DNA of 64,000 nt, taken from an uncultured Veillonellaceae bacterium. Its GTDB lineage: Bacteria > Bacillota > Negativicutes > JARBTT01. A model generated the notes under the pieces. The model had not been told where the DNA came from, made no database searches, and worked only from the letters and a program-made list of their open reading frames with translations. Position numbers and translations under genes: made by a program. The number at the start of each line of letters is the position of its first letter. The stretch's first letter is position 1. Below are positions 60,020-64,000 of this stretch, one piece after another. The stretch covers positions 32,001 to 96,000 of the forward strand of contig CAWDTA010000005.1 in NCBI GenBank assembly GCA_963805085.1. The letters run 5' to 3'.

Positions 60020-60331
60020 ATGAAGATTGTAGGAATTGCAGCTTGTACATCTGGAATTGCACACACGTATATTGCCAAAGAAAAATTGCTGAAAGCCGGT
60101 AAAGCGTTGAACCATACGATTCATATTGAAACGCAGGGAACTATCGGAACTGAGGATGAACTCTTAGCGAAAGATATTGCGGAGGCAGATGTTGTAATTA
60201 TTGCAGCAGATATTAAAGTAAACGGCAGAGATCGTTTTCAAGGAAAAAAAATTGTAGATGTACCGACCCATATTGTGATTAAATCTCCGAAAGCATTATT
60301 GAATAAAATTCAGGCAGATCTGGGAATTTAA
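60020..60331 (+). CDS. PTS EIIB, fructose family
   Basis: ACTSGIAHTY, ETQG. Confidence 0.92.
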   Translation: MKIVGIAACTSGIAHTYIAKEKLLKAGKALNHTIHIETQGTIGTEDELLAKDIAEADVVIIAADIKVNGRDRFQGKKIVDVPTHIVIKSPKALLNKIQADLGI

Positions 60332-60360
60332 AAATTCGAAATTGAAGGGAGTTTTTCATT

Positions 60361-61443
60361 ATGTTGAGAAATCTGGAGCTAAAACGGCATGCGATGACAG
60401 GAATATCGTATATGATTCCCTTAGTAGTCGCATCAGGGCTATTGATCGCGATTGGAAATCTGGCTGGCGGAAATCCTGCGTTAATCTCTGACTACAAGAG
60501 TTCTTATACTTTATGGGAAGCAGCAGTTACCTTAGGTGTATATGGTATGGGGTTGATTCCGGCAGTTATGTCAGCGGCGATTGCTTACTCGATCGCTGAT
60601 CGACCTGGGATCGCACCTGGCTTATTAATGGGGATGATAGCCAATGCGATGGGCGCCGGATTCTTTGGTGGTATGCTTGGTGGTTATATGTCTGGATGGT
60701 GCGTTAATTTTCTAAGGAGCAATGTAAAGGTTCCGATTTGGGCGCAAGGCCTAATGCCAATGATGATTATCCCTTTATTAGCATCGATTATTGTAGGTTT
60801 TATTATGTTTTTTGTCATTGGCAGACCTATTGCAGCAGCTTCCTTTGCACTAACCGATATGCTCATTAATATGCAAGGTGGTTCAAAAGCGGTGTTTGGC
60901 GCAATTATGGGAGCAATGGCAGCCTTTGATTTTGGTGGTCCAGTAAACAAAGTTGCTTCGTTATTCGCAGATGGGTTGTTAATTAATGGCGTGTATGGAC
61001 CAGAAGCAATTAAAATTTGTGCATCGATGATTCCGCCGTTTGGTGTAGCGTTATCTTGGATCATTAAAAAATCAAGATATAGCAAAAGTGAAGCAGACAA
61101 TATAAAAATAGCCTTTCCGATGGGAATTTGTATGATCACCGAAGGTGTTATTCCGATTGCAGCTGTTGATCCAATTAGAGTTATCTTTTCCTGCTCGTTT
61201 GGAGCTGCAGTAGGTGGTAGTTTGATTATGTTATTAGATGTTGCTTCGCCGGTTCCATCAGGAGGAATGTTTATCGTGCCGGCAATGCAAAATCCGATAG
61301 GTTTTTTAATCGCATTAGGCGTTGGTAGTGTGGTTACAGCACTATTACTAGTAGCTTTAAAGAAGGATGCTGTGGAAAAAGAAAATGCGGAAGATGACGA
61401 GATAGAAGAAGAGGTTGATTTATCAGGTATCAATATAAAATAA
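60361..61443 (+). CDS. PTS EIIC, fructose family
   Basis: MTGISYMIP, IADRPG, FDFGGPVNK, ITEGVIP. Confidence 0.92.
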   Translation: MLRNLELKRHAMTGISYMIPLVVASGLLIAIGNLAGGNPALISDYKSSYTLWEAAVTLGVYGMGLIPAVMSAAIAYSIADRPGIAPGLLMGMIANAMGAGFFGGMLGGYMSGWCVNFLRSNVKVPIWAQGLMPMMIIPLLASIIVGFIMFFVIGRPIAAASFALTDMLINMQGGSKAVFGAIMGAMAAFDFGGPVNKVASLFADGLLINGVYGPEAIKICASMIPPFGVALSWIIKKSRYSKSEADNIKIAFPMGICMITEGVIPIAAVDPIRVIFSCSFGAAVGGSLIMLLDVASPVPSGGMFIVPAMQNPIGFLIALGVGSVVTALLLVALKKDAVEKENAEDDEIEEEVDLSGINIK

Positions 61444-61464
61444 AGCAAAGGGGGCAATGGCTGT

Positions 61465-62316
61465 ATGTATGTTTCGATGACAGATATGTTGAAGAAGGCT
61501 GATGTAGAAAATTATGCAGTTATGGCGATTAATTGTTTTAATTTGGAGACAGCACGAACTGTAATACGAGCTGCTGAAAAGGAAAATGCTCCGATTATTA
61601 TCAATCTTTTTCAAGATCATTTGCTGTATCATTGTGATAGTGAGTTAATCACACCAATTGTCAAAGTCTTAGCCAGCAGAACAAGTTGTAAGGTTGTACT
61701 AAATTTTGATCATGGTCAAGAAGTCTTGTATTTAAAAAAAGCAATAGACGATGGTTTTTCTTCGGTGATGGTCGATGCTTCGCGGTTTGATTTAGATGGA
61801 AATATCGCGATGACAAAAGAGGTCGTTGCGTATGCTCATCCTAAAGGGGTAAGCGTTGAAGGTGAAATTGGCTGTATCGGACTTACTGAAGATTCGGAAT
61901 TTACAAAAGATTCGATGTATACTGATCCGATTGAAGCAGCTAAATTTGCAAAATCAACAGGGATAGATGCCTTAGCAATTTCGATTGGTTCATCGCATGG
62001 AATTTATCCGGAGGATATGGTGCCTGCATTTGATTTTGAACGGTTAAGGCAGATTAAAAAACTAACCCAAATGCCGTTGGTGCTTCATGGTGGATCTGGT
62101 TCGGGCGAAAAAAATATTTTACAGGCCGTCAAAGATGGGATCAACAAGATTAATGTTGGTTGTGACTTTATGAATGCAAATGTGAATGCCTTAAAATGCA
62201 AGCTTGCGCAAGATCCTAGCATTAATTACTACGATTTAGTTGATCATGTTGAAAAAGAGAGCATGGAGATCGTAAGACATTATATTAGATTATCTGGTTC
62301 CAATAATAAAAATTAA
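61465..62316 (+). CDS. Class II ketose-(bis)phosphate aldolase
   Basis: NFDHG, MVDAS, IGSSHG, LVLHGGSG, KIN. Confidence 0.9.
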   Translation: MYVSMTDMLKKADVENYAVMAINCFNLETARTVIRAAEKENAPIIINLFQDHLLYHCDSELITPIVKVLASRTSCKVVLNFDHGQEVLYLKKAIDDGFSSVMVDASRFDLDGNIAMTKEVVAYAHPKGVSVEGEIGCIGLTEDSEFTKDSMYTDPIEAAKFAKSTGIDALAISIGSSHGIYPEDMVPAFDFERLRQIKKLTQMPLVLHGGSGSGEKNILQAVKDGINKINVGCDFMNANVNALKCKLAQDPSINYYDLVDHVEKESMEIVRHYIRLSGSNNKN

Positions 62317-62323
62317 AAGGGGA

Positions 62324-63199
62324 TTGAAGAATATGTTAATGAATATGAAAGAATTACTATTAGTAGCACAAGAAAATAAGTTTGCCGTACCTGCCTTTAA
62401 TACAAGTAGTAGTATGATTTTAAAAGGTGTTATGGAAGCCTGTAGAGAAAAAAAAGCTCCTGTTATTATCGCGATTCATCCCGATGAATTATCCTTTATT
62501 GAAGATAGCTTTATTGCGAGTGTGCGTGAAGAGCTCATGAGCAGTAATATACCAGGCGTCATTCATTTAGATCACGGTGGAACTTTTGAACAAGTAATGC
62601 GAGCAATTAAATGTGGTTTTACTTCAGTTATGATTGATGCCTCTTTACTGTCGTTTGAAGAAAATATTGCGATTACGAAAAAGGTCATTGAAGCAGCGCA
62701 TCCAGTAAATGTCTCAGTTGAGGCGGAGCTTGGAACGATAGGAACAACTGGAAACGGCGGGGAGGAAGGAACGGAGCAAATTATTTATACGAAACCAGAT
62801 ACGGTGAAAGAATTTGTTGAAAGAACGGGCGTTGATACTTTGGCAATTGCGATTGGTACATCGCATGGTATTTATCCAAAAGATATGAAACCAAAATTAA
62901 AACTAGATTTATTAAAAGAAATCAGAGGAATTGTGGATATCCCATTGGTACTGCATGGCGGGTCGGCGAATGAGGACAAAGAAATTGCCGAAGCTGTACA
63001 ATTAGGAATATCTAAAATAAATATATCAAGTGATATCAAGGATGCCTTTTATAAAAAATGCCGGGAAATATTATTGCAAGATTCAGGGATACGCGAACCA
63101 AATGCAATTTATCCACCATGCATTGAAGCAATGAAAGAGGTCATCTATGCTAAGATTGCATTATTTAATGATGGTGATAAAGTGAAATGTTATAAATAA
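62324..63199 (+). CDS. Class II ketose-(bis)phosphate aldolase, second paralog
   Basis: HLDHG, MIDAS, IGTSHG, LVLHGGS, KINI. Confidence 0.9.
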   Translation: MKNMLMNMKELLLVAQENKFAVPAFNTSSSMILKGVMEACREKKAPVIIAIHPDELSFIEDSFIASVREELMSSNIPGVIHLDHGGTFEQVMRAIKCGFTSVMIDASLLSFEENIAITKKVIEAAHPVNVSVEAELGTIGTTGNGGEEGTEQIIYTKPDTVKEFVERTGVDTLAIAIGTSHGIYPKDMKPKLKLDLLKEIRGIVDIPLVLHGGSANEDKEIAEAVQLGISKINISSDIKDAFYKKCREILLQDSGIREPNAIYPPCIEAMKEVIYAKIALFNDGDKVKCYK

Positions 63200-63265
63200 T
63201 CACAAATGTATTGGAACATCACTTTTATAGGGAAATAGTTTAACTTTAATAAAGTTTGTTACAAG

Positions 63266-63298
63266 AAATGGGCTGTCAATAATTTGACAGCCCATTTT
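63266..63298. terminator. Bidirectional terminator
   Basis: aaatgggctgtcaa-taat-ttgacagcccattt. Confidence 0.8.
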
Positions 63299-63337
63299 GG
63301 ATATGACGGATAATGTTTTTAATATACTATTTTATTA

Positions 63338-64000
63338 TTATGAGAAAATGAAATATCCAAGTACAATAATCCCAAGCACGATACGATAGTAACCAAAGGC
63401 TTTAAAATCACTTGTCTTAATATAGGAAATCAAAAATTTAATCGTGATAACGGATACAATGTACGCAGAAATTAAACCAACAGCAAGAATTTGAATTTCC
63501 TCTGTGGTATAATCAAAGCCAAAATTCACGACCTTTAACAAGCTCGCGCCAAACATAACTGGTACAGCTAAAAAGAAAGAAAACTCAGCGGCAACTTCTC
63601 TTGAACAGCCAATCAGCATTGCTCCCAAGATTGTCGCACCGGAGCGTGATGTTCCCGGAATTAAGGATAATACTTGGAAACAGCCGATACTGAATGCTTT
63701 GGCAAAGCTAATTCTATGCAAATTCGTCACTTGTGGTCTACTATTTCTATTATGATTTTCTAATACGATAAATAAAACTCCATAGATAATCAAGGTAATG
63801 GCAACAGTCTGATAATTATAAAACATCGCATTTAGCATATGATCAAACGGTAAGCCAATCGCTGCTGCTGGAATTACAGCTACAATAACTTTCATCCATA
63901 ATGAAATTGCTTCTTGCTTGATGTAAATACCACGCTTATAGGCAATCGGACAAAGTTTTTGCCAATAGAGCGTAACGACTGCCATAATTGCCCCCAATTG
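63338..64000 (-). CDS. uppP: Undecaprenyl-diphosphate phosphatase, 5' end outside window
   Basis: QLGAIMAVV, PGTSRSGAT, AAEFSFFLA, FGYYRI. Confidence 0.92.
   Translation of the reverse strand, partial: QLGAIMAVVTLYWQKLCPIAYKRGIYIKQEAISLWMKVIVAVIPAAAIGLPFDHMLNAMFYNYQTVAITLIIYGVLFIVLENHNRNSRPQVTNLHRISFAKAFSIGCFQVLSLIPGTSRSGATILGAMLIGCSREVAAEFSFFLAVPVMFGASLLKVVNFGFDYTTEEIQILAVGLISAYIVSVITIKFLISYIKTSDFKAFGYYRIVLGIIVLGYFIFS

Noticed and set aside
60684-61457. 257-aa antisense ORF and other shadow ORFs (e.g. 25133-25594, 38882-39346)
   Set aside because: Antisense to well-supported genes, with typical mirror-frame composition
1-64000. CRISPR array, tRNA/rRNA, prophage, intact transposase or integrase
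   Set aside because: No regularly spaced repeats, RNA gene signatures or such ORFs were visible

Overview
AT-rich (roughly one-third GC by eye) window from an anaerobic, probably spore-forming Bacillota (a YteA-type gene is present; the exact taxon cannot be fixed from this window). Almost all genes are on the + strand. (1) 0.5-5 kb: unrelated single genes. (2) 5.3-22 kb: a xylan/arabinan island (GH62, CE4, GH11, GH10, GH30_8, two GH43-CBM6, GH43 arabinanase, broken GH27, CBM36/CBM6/ricin remnants) that has been duplicated and reciprocally deleted, with GrpB and an oleate hydratase in between. (3) 22.5-32.6 kb: a sigma54/LevR-type operon joining a galactitol-family PTS, Zn-dehydrogenase, PHP phosphoesterase and SorC regulator to a form IV RuBisCO-like protein; this is the best candidate for an undescribed catabolic pathway. 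(4) 32.7-38.3 kb: more single genes and relics. (5) 38.5-64 kb: 5'-nucleotidase, an unannotated type I toxin-antitoxin-like locus, a MITE with a 31-bp target duplication, a signal-less repeat protein, two FlxA-like paralogs, MarR/MFS, MarR/MATE, bioH-bioC, OPT, a fructose-family PTS with two aldolases, and uppP. Three non-coding signals run through the accessory region: a degenerate GACAA..GACGGTTCTT..TTGTC site at gene junctions, a ~200-bp relic plus hairpin in front of each cargo module, and a shared TTTAAAAA-N12-GAATGTATATAA promoter-like motif. No rRNA, tRNA, CRISPR array or intact transposase/integrase was seen.
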